DNA of 64,000 bases, from positions 15,223-79,222 of the forward strand of contig JAJPHQ010000091.1 in NCBI GenBank assembly GCA_021325195.1. Direction: 5' to 3'. The translations under genes and the position numbers were made by a program. Positions 27,033 through 36,417 of this stretch are shown in pieces. The notes below the pieces were generated by a model. The model was given only the letters and a program-made list of their open reading frames with translations. It searched no databases and had not been told where the DNA came from. Origin of the DNA: Gammaproteobacteria bacterium. Its GTDB lineage: Bacteria > Pseudomonadota > Gammaproteobacteria > Xanthomonadales > Rhodanobacteraceae. Position 1 is the stretch's first letter, and each line of letters begins with the position of its first letter.

Positions 27033-27320
27033 ATGACGCAACCACGAGCCAAGACCCGCGACGGGGACCGGGACAGCCCGCCCGGCGAACGCCTGGCGGC
27101 GGCATTCGGCGCGCTGGTGTTTTTCGCGCCGCTGCTGTTTCTGTTCTGGTTTTTGGCGAACAGCCGGATCGCGTGGCTGGCCGAACGACCGATTCCGTGG
27201 CAATACCTGTTCGCTGCCATCGGCGCGTCCACCCTTCTGGGCTTTGCGATGCCGCGCCTGACACCCGCCGTGTTCGGCTGGATCGCACGCGGTTTTCACT
27301 GGCTGGCGAGGCTGTGGTGA
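27033..27320 (+). CDS. Hypothetical small membrane protein (95 aa)
   Basis: ORF with GC3-rich codons and two hydrophobic segments. No family recognised. Confidence 0.4.
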   Translation: MTQPRAKTRDGDRDSPPGERLAAAFGALVFFAPLLFLFWFLANSRIAWLAERPIPWQYLFAAIGASTLLGFAMPRLTPAVFGWIARGFHWLARLW

Positions 27321-27399
27321 GCAAGCCTGGCGATGCGGCCGCTACGGCAGAACGTATTTCCGGCTCGTCTTGGGAAAATCACCAAACAAGTGCGGAGAA

Positions 27400-27416
27400 T
27401 GCACTTTATTGGTGCG
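27400..27416 (+). promoter_or_regulatory. Putative NtrC binding site upstream of glnA
   Basis: TGCACTTTATTGGTGCG resembles the TGCACC-N5-GGTGCA NtrC consensus. It lies ~65 nt upstream of the sigma54-like element. Confidence 0.5.
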
Positions 27417-27466
27417 TTTGCGGCGATCCAGCCACGCAAGTCATTGAACAAACTGGGTGCATCCGT

Positions 27467-27483
27467 TGGTACGTCCCGTGCAA
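27467..27483 (+). promoter_or_regulatory. Putative sigma54 (-24/-12) promoter of glnA
   Basis: TGGTACGTCCCGTGCAA has GG (27468-69) and GC (27480-81) separated by exactly 10 nt, as in TGGCAC-N5-TTGCA. It lies 34 nt upstream of the glnA ATG. Confidence 0.55.
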
Positions 27484-27516
27484 TCGACAGGCATTCCCTT
27501 CCTTCCGGAGCCGCCG

Positions 27517-28926
27517 ATGACCGCCGACAAAGTTCTCGCCACCATCAAGAACGAGAAGGTCGAATTCATCGACCTGCGCTTCGCCGACATGCGCGGCGTG
27601 CAGCACCACGTCAGCTTTCCCGCGCACGCGATCGACGCCGGCACGTTCGAGGACGGCAAGATGTTCGACGGTTCCTCGATCGCCGGCTGGAAGGGCATCA
27701 ACGAATCGGACATGGTGCTGATGCCCGATCCGGCCACCGCCTTCCTCGATCCGTTCGCCGCGCACAAGCAGTTGAACATCCTGTGCGACGTGCTGGAGCC
27801 CTCCACCATGCAGGCCTACGGCCGCGATCCGCGTTCGATCGCGCGGCGCGCCGAGGCGTATCTCAAATCCACCGGTGTCGCCGACACCGCGTGGTTCGGG
27901 CCGGAGCCGGAATTCTTCATCTTCGATTCGGTGCGCTGGCAGAACGACATGGGCCGGGTGTTCTACGAAATCGGCTCCGAGGAAGCCGCGTGGAGCTCGC
28001 GCTACAAGTACGACGAAGGCAACCACGGTCACCGTCCCGGCATCAAGGGCGGCTACTTCCCGGTGCCGCCGGTCGATTCCCTGAACGACCTGCGCGCGGA
28101 AATGTGCAGCGTGCTGGAATCGTTGGGCCAGGTGGTCGAGGTGCACCATCACGAAGTCGCGAACGCCGGTCAGTGCGAGATCGGCACGCGCTTCAACACC
28201 CTGCTGCACAAGGCCGATGACCTGCTGACGCTCAAATACGTGCTGCGCAACGTGGCGCACGCCGCGGGCAAGACCGTCACCTTCATGCCCAAACCGGTGG
28301 TCGGCGACAACGGCAGCGGCATGCACGTGCACCAGTCGCTGAGCAAGGACGGCAAGAACCTGTTCGCGGGCGAACTGTACGGCGGGCTCTCGCAACTCGC
28401 GCTGTGGTACATCGGCGGGGTGTTCAGGCACGCGCGCGCGATCAACGCATTCGCCAACTCGACGACCAATTCCTACAAGCGCCTGGTGCCGGGCTTCGAG
28501 GCGCCGGCGATGCTGGCCTACTCCGCGCGCAACCGTTCGGCCTCGTGCCGGATTCCGTACGTGGCGAATCCCAAGGGCCGCCGGATCGAGGTGCGTTTCC
28601 CCGATCCGATGAACTCGGGTTATTTGACCTTCACCGCGCTGATGATGGCGGGCCTCGACGGGATCCTGAACAAGATCGATCCGGGCGCGCCGATGGACAA
28701 GGACCTCTACGACCTGCCGCCGGAGGAAGAGCGCAACATCCCGCAGGTGTGCTCTTCGCTCGACATGGCGCTGGAGGCGCTGGACCGCGACCGCGAATTC
28801 CTGAAGGCCGGCGGCGTGATGAACGACGACTTCATCGACGCCTACATCGCGCTCAAGATGAAGGAAGTGACGGCTTATCGCGCGTCCACGCATCCGCTGG
28901 AATACCAGATGTATTACAGCATCTGA
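27517..28926 (+). CDS. glnA: Glutamine synthetase type I
   Basis: ORF 27457..28926; start at [30 protein letters not shown] motifs and the adenylylation-site region [11 protein letters not shown] are present. Confidence 0.95.
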   Translation: MTADKVLATIKNEKVEFIDLRFADMRGVQHHVSFPAHAIDAGTFEDGKMFDGSSIAGWKGINESDMVLMPDPATAFLDPFAAHKQLNILCDVLEPSTMQAYGRDPRSIARRAEAYLKSTGVADTAWFGPEPEFFIFDSVRWQNDMGRVFYEIGSEEAAWSSRYKYDEGNHGHRPGIKGGYFPVPPVDSLNDLRAEMCSVLESLGQVVEVHHHEVANAGQCEIGTRFNTLLHKADDLLTLKYVLRNVAHAAGKTVTFMPKPVVGDNGSGMHVHQSLSKDGKNLFAGELYGGLSQLALWYIGGVFRHARAINAFANSTTNSYKRLVPGFEAPAMLAYSARNRSASCRIPYVANPKGRRIEVRFPDPMNSGYLTFTALMMAGLDGILNKIDPGAPMDKDLYDLPPEEERNIPQVCSSLDMALEALDRDREFLKAGGVMNDDFIDAYIALKMKEVTAYRASTHPLEYQMYYSI

Positions 28927-28948
28927 CGCATCGATCGCCGCATTGCTT

Positions 28949-28999
28949 GAACCCCTCTCCCTTCGGGAGAGGGTGCCCGAAGGGCGGGTGAGGGTTCGG
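28949..28999. repeat. REP-like hairpin (GAACCCCTCTCCC TTCG GGAGAGGG … GGGTGAGGGTTC); probable glnA terminator
   Basis: Nested inverted repeats lie directly after the glnA stop. Same family as 22427-22582. Confidence 0.7.
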
Positions 29000-29000
29000 C

Positions 29001-29486
29001 ATGATTCGCTGCGCATCCATCGCAGACGCGTCCGCCATTCGCGCGATCTACAATCATTACGTCACTGATACGGTCATCACGTTCGAGGAACAACCGGTCA
29101 CGACAGCCGAAATGCAGTCACGCATGGCCGCGGTGCTCGAAAGGTTGCCGTGGCTGGTGCCGGAACGCGACGGTGACATCGCGGGCTACGCGTACGCCTC
29201 GCCGTGGAAAGCGCGGATCGGCTACCGGTTTGCCGTGGAAAGCACGATCTATCTCGCGCCCGCGCATGTCGGGCATGGATTCGGGTCCGCGTTGTACGAA
29301 ACCCTGCTCGAGCGCCTGCGAGCACGGGGCATCCATTGCGTGATCGGCGGGGCCGCGCTGCCGAATCCCGCCAGCGTCGCGCTGCACGAGAAACTCGGCT
29401 TCACCAAGGTCGCGCACTTCCGGGAAAACGGCTTCAAGTTCGGCCGCTGGATCGATGTGGGCTACTGGCAGCGCATCTTTCGATGA
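29001..29486 (+). CDS. GNAT N-acetyltransferase, phosphinothricin/methionine-sulfoximine acetyltransferase (PAT) family
   Basis: 161-aa ORF. IRAIYNHYV…TFEE.P…GYAYASPWK.R..Y…E.TIYL……LGF.K.G…..G.KFGRW.D is the PAT-family pattern. Confidence 0.8.
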   Translation: MIRCASIADASAIRAIYNHYVTDTVITFEEQPVTTAEMQSRMAAVLERLPWLVPERDGDIAGYAYASPWKARIGYRFAVESTIYLAPAHVGHGFGSALYETLLERLRARGIHCVIGGAALPNPASVALHEKLGFTKVAHFRENGFKFGRWIDVGYWQRIFR

Positions 29487-29576
29487 CAGACGCGGCACGC
29501 CGGATCCGCGTTGCGGCTCCGGCTTGCGATGTGGCAGCGCGCAGCCATAATCGAACGGCGCAACCGCCGATCCAGG

Positions 29577-30233
29577 ATGGCCGTTTCCCTGCCCTTGTTC
29601 GAATCCATCGCGCCGACCGGGACACGCGAGCCGCTCGCGCCCGGGGCGTGGCTGCTGCGCGGTTTCGCACTGGACGCCGCCGCAGGGTTGCTGGCGGAGA
29701 TCGAACGGATTGCGTCGTCGTCGCCGTTCCGGAATCTCGTCACGCCCGGCGGCAAGACGATGTCGGTGGCGATGACCAACTGCGGTGCGGTCGGCTGGTT
29801 CAGCGACCGGCGCGGCTATCGTTACACCGAGATCGATCCGGAAACCGGCAGGCCTTGGCCGGCAATGCCGGGATCGTTCATGAAACATGCGCATGATGCG
29901 GCAAGCGCGGCGGGATTCGAGAATTACGCGCCGGACGTGTGCCTGATCAACCGCTACGAACCCGGCACGCGCCTTACCCTGCACCGCGATCACGACGAGC
30001 GCGACCGCCGTGCGCCTATCGTGTCGGTGTCGCTGGGCCTGCCGGCCACGTTCCTGTTCGGCGGCCTCGCGCGCAAGGACGCGCCGCGCCGCGTGCCGCT
30101 CGTGCACGGCGACGTGGTGGTGTGGGGTGGTCCGTCGCGAATGCGCTACCACGGCGTTCTGCCGGTCAAGGCCGGCGAGCATCCGCTTGCCGGCGCGCGG
30201 CGCTACAACCTCACCTTTCGGGTCGCGCGCTGA
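29577..30233 (+). CDS. alkB: Alpha-ketoglutarate-dependent DNA/RNA dioxygenase AlkB
   Basis: ORF 29511..30233; start at MAVSLPLFE. Motifs: INRYEPG, LTLHRDHDE, VVWGGPSRMRYHGV, RYNLTFR. Confidence 0.85.
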   Translation: MAVSLPLFESIAPTGTREPLAPGAWLLRGFALDAAAGLLAEIERIASSSPFRNLVTPGGKTMSVAMTNCGAVGWFSDRRGYRYTEIDPETGRPWPAMPGSFMKHAHDAASAAGFENYAPDVCLINRYEPGTRLTLHRDHDERDRRAPIVSVSLGLPATFLFGGLARKDAPRRVPLVHGDVVVWGGPSRMRYHGVLPVKAGEHPLAGARRYNLTFRVAR

Positions 30234-30316
30234 AAACTGCGAAAAATTCGACTCACACGGCCCCGTGAATCGGCAAGCAGCTTGCGTGCGGACACGCGGT
30301 CGCCTTCAATACGCCG

Positions 30317-31102
30317 ATGCGCCGTGGCCTTCTCGCCTGTCTTGCAACGCTGCTGCTCGCCGGGTGTGTCTCGGCGCCGCCGCGCAATCCGCTGGCGGTG
30401 TGGGTGCCGTCGAAAAACTACAACGCGCGGCAGCCCACGCTGATCGTGCTGCACTACACGCAGGAGGCCGACGTGCGGGAAGCATTGCATACCCTGCGTA
30501 CGCACAACGCCGGCGGCCCGGTCAGCGCGCATTACCTGATCGGCAAGGACGGCACGATCTACCAGCTCGTCGCCGAGAGGGACCGCGCCTGGCATGCCGG
30601 TCCGTCGTTCTGGGACGGCGAGTTCGACGTCAACTCGCGTTCGATCGGGATCGAACTGGACAACGACGGCAACGAGCCGTTCGCGCAGCCGCAAATCGAT
30701 GCGCTGCTGCGCCTGCTTGCCGACATCACCTCGCGGCTTGGCATCCCGCGCACCGCGATCGTCGGCCATGCCGACGTCGCACCCAGCCGCAAGGACGATC
30801 CGGGCGTGTGATTTCCGTGGCGCGAACTGGCCGCGCACGGTTTCGGTCTGTGGTACGACCCGGGTCCCCTGCCCGATCCGCCGCCGGGATTCGACCCGCT
30901 GGCGGCGCTCCGGCTGATCGGTTACGACACGAGTGACCCCGCCGCGGCCATCGTGGCCTACCACCGGCATTTCCGTGCCAGCACCGCGCCGGACCTGGAC
31001 GCCGGCGACCTGCGCATCCTCTGGAATCTTCAAGGCAAGTTGCTGCGGATGGGGGAATCCGCGCCGCCGCAGGCCCCAGCGCCCGCGGCCGTTACGCACT
31101 AA
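30317..31102 (+). pseudogene. AmiD/AmpD-family N-acetylmuramoyl-L-alanine amidase lipoprotein with an in-frame TGA at 30809-30811
   Basis: ORF 30317..30811 has a lipobox (LLLAGC) and amidase_2 motifs (VLHYT, [19 protein letters not shown]). After the TGA the same frame stays open to the TAA at 31100-31102. It encodes [16 protein letters not shown]…AIVAYHRHFRA…, the conserved continuation of this family. Confidence 0.7.
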
Positions 31103-31111
31103 ACTGGTGCA

Positions 31112-32140
31112 ATGAACCAGATTGGTGAACCGCCGGCCGCGGCCGGGTCCGCCGCGATCGAATCGCTGGTCACCGGCGTGGCCGAACTGGATGCGGCGCT
31201 TCGCTTCGTCCGGGTCAACCCGGCGTTCTGCGAAATGCTGGGCGTGGGCCTGCGGCGCCTGCTCGGTCAACCCGTCACGATCCTGCATCCCGAGCCGCGG
31301 CTGCACGAGGCGGCGGAGCGGGCCTTGCAACGCGGCGGCGGCATCCGGATGGATGCGGTCGCGCTGTGCGCCGCACCCGGCAGGGAATGCGCGCTGGATT
31401 TTCTCGTCAGCGCGCACGCCGACGGGGTGCTGCTGGAAGCACGACCGGCGGTTCCGTCGACGCCGTCGCGGCTGTCGGAATCGCTGCGCGGCTTCGCGCA
31501 CGAGGTGCGCAATCCGCTGGCCGCGATTTCCGGCGCCGCGCAGCTGCTGCAGCAGCGTGCGAACGATGCGGGTCAGCGCGAACTCGCGCAGTTGATCCGC
31601 GACGAAGCCAACCGGCTCGCCGGATTGACCGAACGTCTGCTGGGCACCCGCAACAACACCGTGACGCGCGCGGTCAACGTGCATGCGCTGCTGGAACGCG
31701 TTGCGGAGCTGTTGCGCGCCGAGCGCACCGGCGTGGCCATCGTGCGTGATTACGATCCCAGCCTGCCGGCCTGGCAGGGCGATCCCGACCGCCTGCTGCA
31801 GGCGTTGCTGAATCTCGTGCGCAACGCGGTCGAGGCGAATGCCTCGCGCATCGTGCTGCGCAGCCGCGCCGAGGCGGGCTGGCGCGATGCGCGCGGCCAG
31901 CGTGTGCCGGCGCTCAGGGTCGAGGTCGAGGACGACGGCGACGGCGTACCCGCGCAGATCGAAACCACGCTGTTCGAGCCGATGGTGTCGGGCCGCTCGG
32001 ACGGTACGGGGCTGGGTCTCGCGCTGACACGCGAGATCGCACGCGAACACGGCGGCGAATTGACCTACCAGCGGCGCGAAACCGGATCGTGCTTCGTGTT
32101 GCTGCTGCCGCGCCGGGTCCCGGACCGTTTGCCCGCTTGA
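31112..32140 (+). CDS. glnL: Nitrogen regulation sensor histidine kinase NtrB
   Basis: 342-aa ORF with a PAS-like N-terminus, the H-box FAHEVRNPLAAISGAAQLL, N-box LLNLVRNAVEA and G-box GTGLGLAL. An ntrC gene lies downstream. Confidence 0.85.
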   Translation: MNQIGEPPAAAGSAAIESLVTGVAELDAALRFVRVNPAFCEMLGVGLRRLLGQPVTILHPEPRLHEAAERALQRGGGIRMDAVALCAAPGRECALDFLVSAHADGVLLEARPAVPSTPSRLSESLRGFAHEVRNPLAAISGAAQLLQQRANDAGQRELAQLIRDEANRLAGLTERLLGTRNNTVTRAVNVHALLERVAELLRAERTGVAIVRDYDPSLPAWQGDPDRLLQALLNLVRNAVEANASRIVLRSRAEAGWRDARGQRVPALRVEVEDDGDGVPAQIETTLFEPMVSGRSDGTGLGLALTREIAREHGGELTYQRRETGSCFVLLLPRRVPDRLPA

Positions 32141-32197
32141 ACCAGGGGGCAGCCGCACCGGCGGCCTGATGATGGTGCGGCAGAGGGTTGTGGAGGC

Positions 32198-33646
32198 ATG
32201 AAGGAACCCATCGAGATGAGCGACACGCGCCATGATTCTCCGCAGCACGCGGTCACGGGTGAGATCTGGATTGTCGATGACGACCGCGCGGTGCGCTTCG
32301 TGCTGGCAACGGCGCTGCGCGATGCCGGCCACACGGTCGCCGAATTCGCCAGCGTCGAGGACGCGCAGCGCGCCTTGCGCCGCGACGTGCCGGCGCTGCT
32401 GCTGTGCGACGTGCGGCTGCCGGGCGCAGACGGGCTGACCCTGCTGCGCGAAAGCAGGGCGGCGCATCCCGCGTTGCCGGTGATCGTGATGAGCGCGTTC
32501 ACCGATGTCGCGACCACCGCCGCGGCCTACCGCGAAGGCGCGGCCGATTACCTGCCCAAGCCGTTCGATCTCGCGCAGGCGCTGGCGTCCGTTAAGCGTG
32601 CGCTGGGCGAAGCGGCCCCGCCGCAGGCTGCCGAGCGGGCTGCCGAGCCGCGCCACGCGCTGCTGGGTGAAAGCGCGCCGATGCGCGAGGTATTCCGGCT
32701 GATCGGACGCGTCGCGGCCAGTGACCTGAACGTGTTGATCACCGGCGAGACGGGGACCGGCAAGGAACTGGTCGCGCGCGCGCTGCATGCCGAAAGCGCG
32801 CGCCGCGCGCGGCCGTTCGTCGCGCTCAACACCGCGGCGATTCCTGCCGAGCTGCTGGAATCGGAACTGTTCGGCCACGAGGCCGGCGCGTTCACCGGCG
32901 CGCAGCGGCGTGCAGCCGGGCGCTTCGAGCAGGCCGAAGGCGGCACGCTGTTCCTGGACGAGATCGGCGACATGCCGCTGGCCCTGCAGACGCGCCTGCT
33001 GCGGGTGCTGGCCGGTGGCGAGTTCTACCGCGTGGGCGGCCGCGAACTGATCCGCAGCGACGTGCGGGTGATCGCGGCCACGCATCAGGATCTGGACGCC
33101 AAGGTCGCGCGCGGCGAATTCCGCGCCGACCTGCTGCACCGTCTCGACGTGGTGCGCATCCACCTGCCGGCGTTGCGCGAGCGGCGCGAGGACATCCCGC
33201 TGCTGGCGAAGCGGTTTCTCGCGGACGCCGCGCGCGCGTTGAAATTGCCGGAAAAGCATTTCGCGCAGGGCGCCTTGCAGGCGCTGGCGAAGATGGATTT
33301 CCCCGGCAACGTCCGGCAACTGGAGAACCTCTGCCGCCGGCTCGCGGTGATCGCGCCGGGGATGAGCATCCGGCGCGAGGATCTCGACGACCGTGCGCCG
33401 CGCGCGCAAGCCACGGGCGACGCGGCGCTGCCGTGGGAAGTGTCGCTGCGCGCGTGGGCGGAGTCCGAACTGGCGGACGGCGCGAGCGATCTGCACGCGC
33501 GCGCGCGCGCGCGGCTGGACCGGGTGTTGCTGGACGCGGCGCTGGCCGTCCACGACGGGCATCGCCAGAAGACCGCGATCGCGCTGGGGCTGGGCCGCAA
33601 CACGCTGACCCGCAAGCTCGGCAGTTCGCGCAAACGACGGGACTAA
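32198..33646 (+). CDS. glnG: Sigma54-dependent response regulator NtrC
   Basis: Receiver domain ([14 protein letters not shown]…LLCDVRLPG), AAA+ domain with [15 protein letters not shown] and the GAFTGA motif, and a C-terminal HTH. An alternative start is at 32216. Confidence 0.9.
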   Translation: MKEPIEMSDTRHDSPQHAVTGEIWIVDDDRAVRFVLATALRDAGHTVAEFASVEDAQRALRRDVPALLLCDVRLPGADGLTLLRESRAAHPALPVIVMSAFTDVATTAAAYREGAADYLPKPFDLAQALASVKRALGEAAPPQAAERAAEPRHALLGESAPMREVFRLIGRVAASDLNVLITGETGTGKELVARALHAESARRARPFVALNTAAIPAELLESELFGHEAGAFTGAQRRAAGRFEQAEGGTLFLDEIGDMPLALQTRLLRVLAGGEFYRVGGRELIRSDVRVIAATHQDLDAKVARGEFRADLLHRLDVVRIHLPALRERREDIPLLAKRFLADAARALKLPEKHFAQGALQALAKMDFPGNVRQLENLCRRLAVIAPGMSIRREDLDDRAPRAQATGDAALPWEVSLRAWAESELADGASDLHARARARLDRVLLDAALAVHDGHRQKTAIALGLGRNTLTRKLGSSRKRRD

Positions 33647-33682
33647 GCACTCGGCACTCGGGACTCGAAGGGGCACAGACTC

Positions 33683-34144
33683 ATGGCCATCATCACGCGC
33701 GCCGCCAAACAAGAAGACGTGCCATTCCTGGTGGAATGCAACGCGGCGATGGCGCGCGAGACCGAGCACAAGACGCTCGACCGCGAGGTACTGACGCGCG
33801 GCACCCGCGCGGTATTCGATGACCCGCGTCGCGGTTTTTACCTGATCGCCGAGATGGATGGCGTGCCGGCGGGTTGTCTTCTGATCACCTGCGAGTGGAG
33901 CGACTGGCGCAACGGCGACTGGTGGTGGTTCCAGAGCGTGTACGTGACGCCGGCGGCCCGGCGCCACGGCGTGTTCCGCGCGCTGTACGCCGAGGTCGAG
34001 CGCCGCGCGCGCGCAGCCGGCGCGGTCGGCCTGCGCCTGTACGTCGAGCGCGACAATGCGCACGCACTGCGTACCTATTTCTCGCTGGGCATGGAAGAAG
34101 AACCGTACCGGATGCTGCGCAAGGGGTTCATCGAGTTTCGCTGA
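33683..34144 (+). CDS. GNAT family N-acetyltransferase
   Basis: 153-aa ORF with an acetyl-CoA-binding region: VYVTPAARRHGVFRALY. Confidence 0.7.
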   Translation: MAIITRAAKQEDVPFLVECNAAMARETEHKTLDREVLTRGTRAVFDDPRRGFYLIAEMDGVPAGCLLITCEWSDWRNGDWWWFQSVYVTPAARRHGVFRALYAEVERRARAAGAVGLRLYVERDNAHALRTYFSLGMEEEPYRMLRKGFIEFR

Positions 34145-34183
34145 CCGCGCAAGAAGGTTTTCGTCATCCGGCCAGCGTGGCGT

Positions 34184-34347
34184 CCCGGAAGAATCTTTGC
34201 GTGGTCATTCCGGGGACTGCGCCGGCGTGCCGGCGCAGAAACCCGTAACCTGCCGGGGTCTTGCAGCAAAGAGGAGCAGATTCCGGATCTCAGCCGCTTC
34301 GCGGGCTCGTCCGGAGTGACGAAGGTATTTTCGGGACACCACACCAG
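34184..34347 (+). repeat. MITE-like ~160-bp repeat, copy B
   Basis: Collinear with 26821..26981: CCCGGAAGAATC…GTCATTCCGGGG…GAGCAGATTCCGGATCTCA.CCGCTTCGCG…TCCGGA.TGACGAAG…TTT.CGGGACACCACAC.AG. Non-coding. Confidence 0.75.
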
Positions 34348-34446
34348 GGGAATGGCCGAGATCCATCTTCAAGGATGGATGAAGCCACCGGGTTCCGGCA
34401 TTCGCCGGAGCGACGACAATGAAAGGACGAAACAGAGGACCCAATC

Positions 34447-35730
34447 ATGATTCCGCAAACCCGCCGCGTCGCCGTCGTGGGCGGCGTGCGCATTCCGTTC
34501 TGCAAGCGCGACACCGCGTACGCCGACCTCGGCAATTTCGGGATGAGCGTGGAAGTGCTGGGCGCGCTGGTCGAGAAGTTCGGGCTGCACGGCGTCGAAC
34601 TCGGCGAGGTCGCATTCGGCGCGGTGATGAAGCATCCCGCCGACTGGAACCTCGCGCGGGAGGCGCTGCAATCGTCCGGGCTCACGCCGACCACGCCCGG
34701 CATCACCACCGCGCGCGCCTGCGGCACTTCGCTGGACAACGCGATCCTGATCGCGCAGAAGATCGCGACCGGCCAGATCGAGGTCGGCATCGGCGGCGGT
34801 TCGGACACCACCAGCCAGGTGCCGCTGACCTATTCCGACCGTTTTCAGCAGCGGCTGCTGGACATGCACCGCGCGCAGACCTTCGGCGAGAAGTTGCGCG
34901 CGGCCACGCGCGGCTTCCATTGGCGCGAGTTGAAACCGCAGGTGCCGGGCGTGGTCGAGCCGCGCACCGGACTGTCGATGGGCCAGCACTGCGAAAAGAT
35001 GGCGCGCGAATGGAAGATCGGCCGCGCCGAACAGGACGAATGGGCGCTGGGCAGCCACAGGAAACTCGCGGCCGCCTACGACGCGGGCTTCTTCGGGGAC
35101 CTGGTGATCCCGTTCAGGGGCGTCACCCGCGACAACCTGCTGCGGCCCGACACCACGCCGGAAAAACTCGCGGCCCTGAAACCCGCCTTCGACAAGACCT
35201 CCGGCAAGGGCACGCTGACCGCCGGCAATTCCTCCGCATTGTCGGACGGCGCGGCCGCGGTGCTGCTGGCCAGCGAGGACTGGGCACACGCGCGCAACCT
35301 GCCGGTGCTGGCGTATCTCGTCGATGCCGAAGTCGCGGCGGTCGATTACGTGCACGGCGAAGGTCTTTTGATGGCGCCAACGATCGCGGTGCCGCGGATG
35401 CTGCAGCGCGCGGGTTTGAAACTGCAGGATTTCGATTTCTACGAAATCCACGAAGCCTTCGCCGCGCAGGTGCTGTGCCAGTTGCGCGCGTGGGAATCGG
35501 CCGACTACTGCAGGAACCGGTTGGGGCTGGATGCGCCGCTGGGCGCGATCGATCCGGCGAAGACCAACGTCAACGGTTCGAGTCTCGCGACCGGCCATCC
35601 GTTCGCCGCGACCGGCGCGCGGATCGTGGCGACACTCGCGAAACTCCTGGCGCAGAAGGGTTCCGGCCGCGGGCTGATCTCGATCTGCACCGCGGGCGGG
35701 ATGGGCGTGGTGGCGATCCTGGAGCGGTGA
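34447..35730 (+). CDS. Acetyl-CoA C-acyltransferase (thiolase)
   Basis: 427-aa ORF with the active-site Cys region TTARACGTSLDNA and C-terminal motifs NVNGSSLATGHPFAATGARI and ICTAGGMG. Confidence 0.9.
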   Translation: MIPQTRRVAVVGGVRIPFCKRDTAYADLGNFGMSVEVLGALVEKFGLHGVELGEVAFGAVMKHPADWNLAREALQSSGLTPTTPGITTARACGTSLDNAILIAQKIATGQIEVGIGGGSDTTSQVPLTYSDRFQQRLLDMHRAQTFGEKLRAATRGFHWRELKPQVPGVVEPRTGLSMGQHCEKMAREWKIGRAEQDEWALGSHRKLAAAYDAGFFGDLVIPFRGVTRDNLLRPDTTPEKLAALKPAFDKTSGKGTLTAGNSSALSDGAAAVLLASEDWAHARNLPVLAYLVDAEVAAVDYVHGEGLLMAPTIAVPRMLQRAGLKLQDFDFYEIHEAFAAQVLCQLRAWESADYCRNRLGLDAPLGAIDPAKTNVNGSSLATGHPFAATGARIVATLAKLLAQKGSGRGLISICTAGGMGVVAILER

Positions 35731-35776
35731 GGGAGCCGGCGGGGCAAGCACTTCCCGCCGGGAAGGATTCCGCCGT

Positions 35777-36349
35777 TCAGCTCACCCTGAACAAGGTCGG
35801 CTTCCACGCGCCGCTGGCATAGGAATCCCGGCGACGGCGCTGCATCCGCGCGATCGTCTCGGCCGCGCGCGCATCGGCCCAGTCCACCCGCTTGACCATC
35901 AGGGCGGCCGGATCCTCGCCGCGCAGGCGCGCTTCCTGTTCGCGCCACGCGCAGAAGTCGTCGTAGGCCTCGATCTCGTGGCGCAGATCGTGCCGGCACA
36001 GTTCGATCATGATCGCGTCGTCGAGAAATCCCAGCACCGGAACGGAATCGGGAATCAGATCCTGCGGATCGGCGAGATAGGCCAGCGCGGCCAGCACCCG
36101 CTGCCGGTCGGCATCGGGCAGGCCGAACCCGACGTCCCTGGCCATCGCAATCAGCGACTCCACGCTGCCCAGCCGCTCGGCGATGAAGGGCGGCATGGAG
36201 GAGTTCCGGTATTCCGCGAGCTGCTTCTGCGCGGCGGCGATGATCTGGTCGGGGTTGCCATCCTTCATGCGGGCTTCGAGCTCGTGCATGCCCTTGATGA
36301 AGGGACGCAGGTCGTCGTCGCTCAATCGAATGTTGATGTCCAGCGGCAT
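35777..36349 (-). CDS. YkvA/DUF1232 family protein
   Basis: 190-aa ORF with a DUF1232-like core: YLADPQDLIPDSVPVLGFLDDAIMIE. Confidence 0.6.
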   Translation of the reverse strand: MPLDINIRLSDDDLRPFIKGMHELEARMKDGNPDQIIAAAQKQLAEYRNSSMPPFIAERLGSVESLIAMARDVGFGLPDADRQRVLAALAYLADPQDLIPDSVPVLGFLDDAIMIELCRHDLRHEIEAYDDFCAWREQEARLRGEDPAALMVKRVDWADARAAETIARMQRRRRDSYASGAWKPTLFRVS

Positions 36350-36417
36350 GGCGCGCCCCTTGGCTTTCGAATGAATGCGCCAGCGTAGCGAGAGGTCCGC
36401 AAACCGTCAATCGCGGC

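Noticed and set aside
30809-30811. Selenocysteine or Trp recoding of the in-frame TGA in the amidase gene.
   Set aside because: No SECIS-like hairpin stands out immediately downstream. No selenoprotein machinery is visible, and this enzyme family has no known Sec members. TGA-to-Trp reassignment is not a feature of gammaproteobacteria, and other genes here clearly end in TGA. Nonsense mutation, sequencing error or low-level readthrough remain the realistic options.
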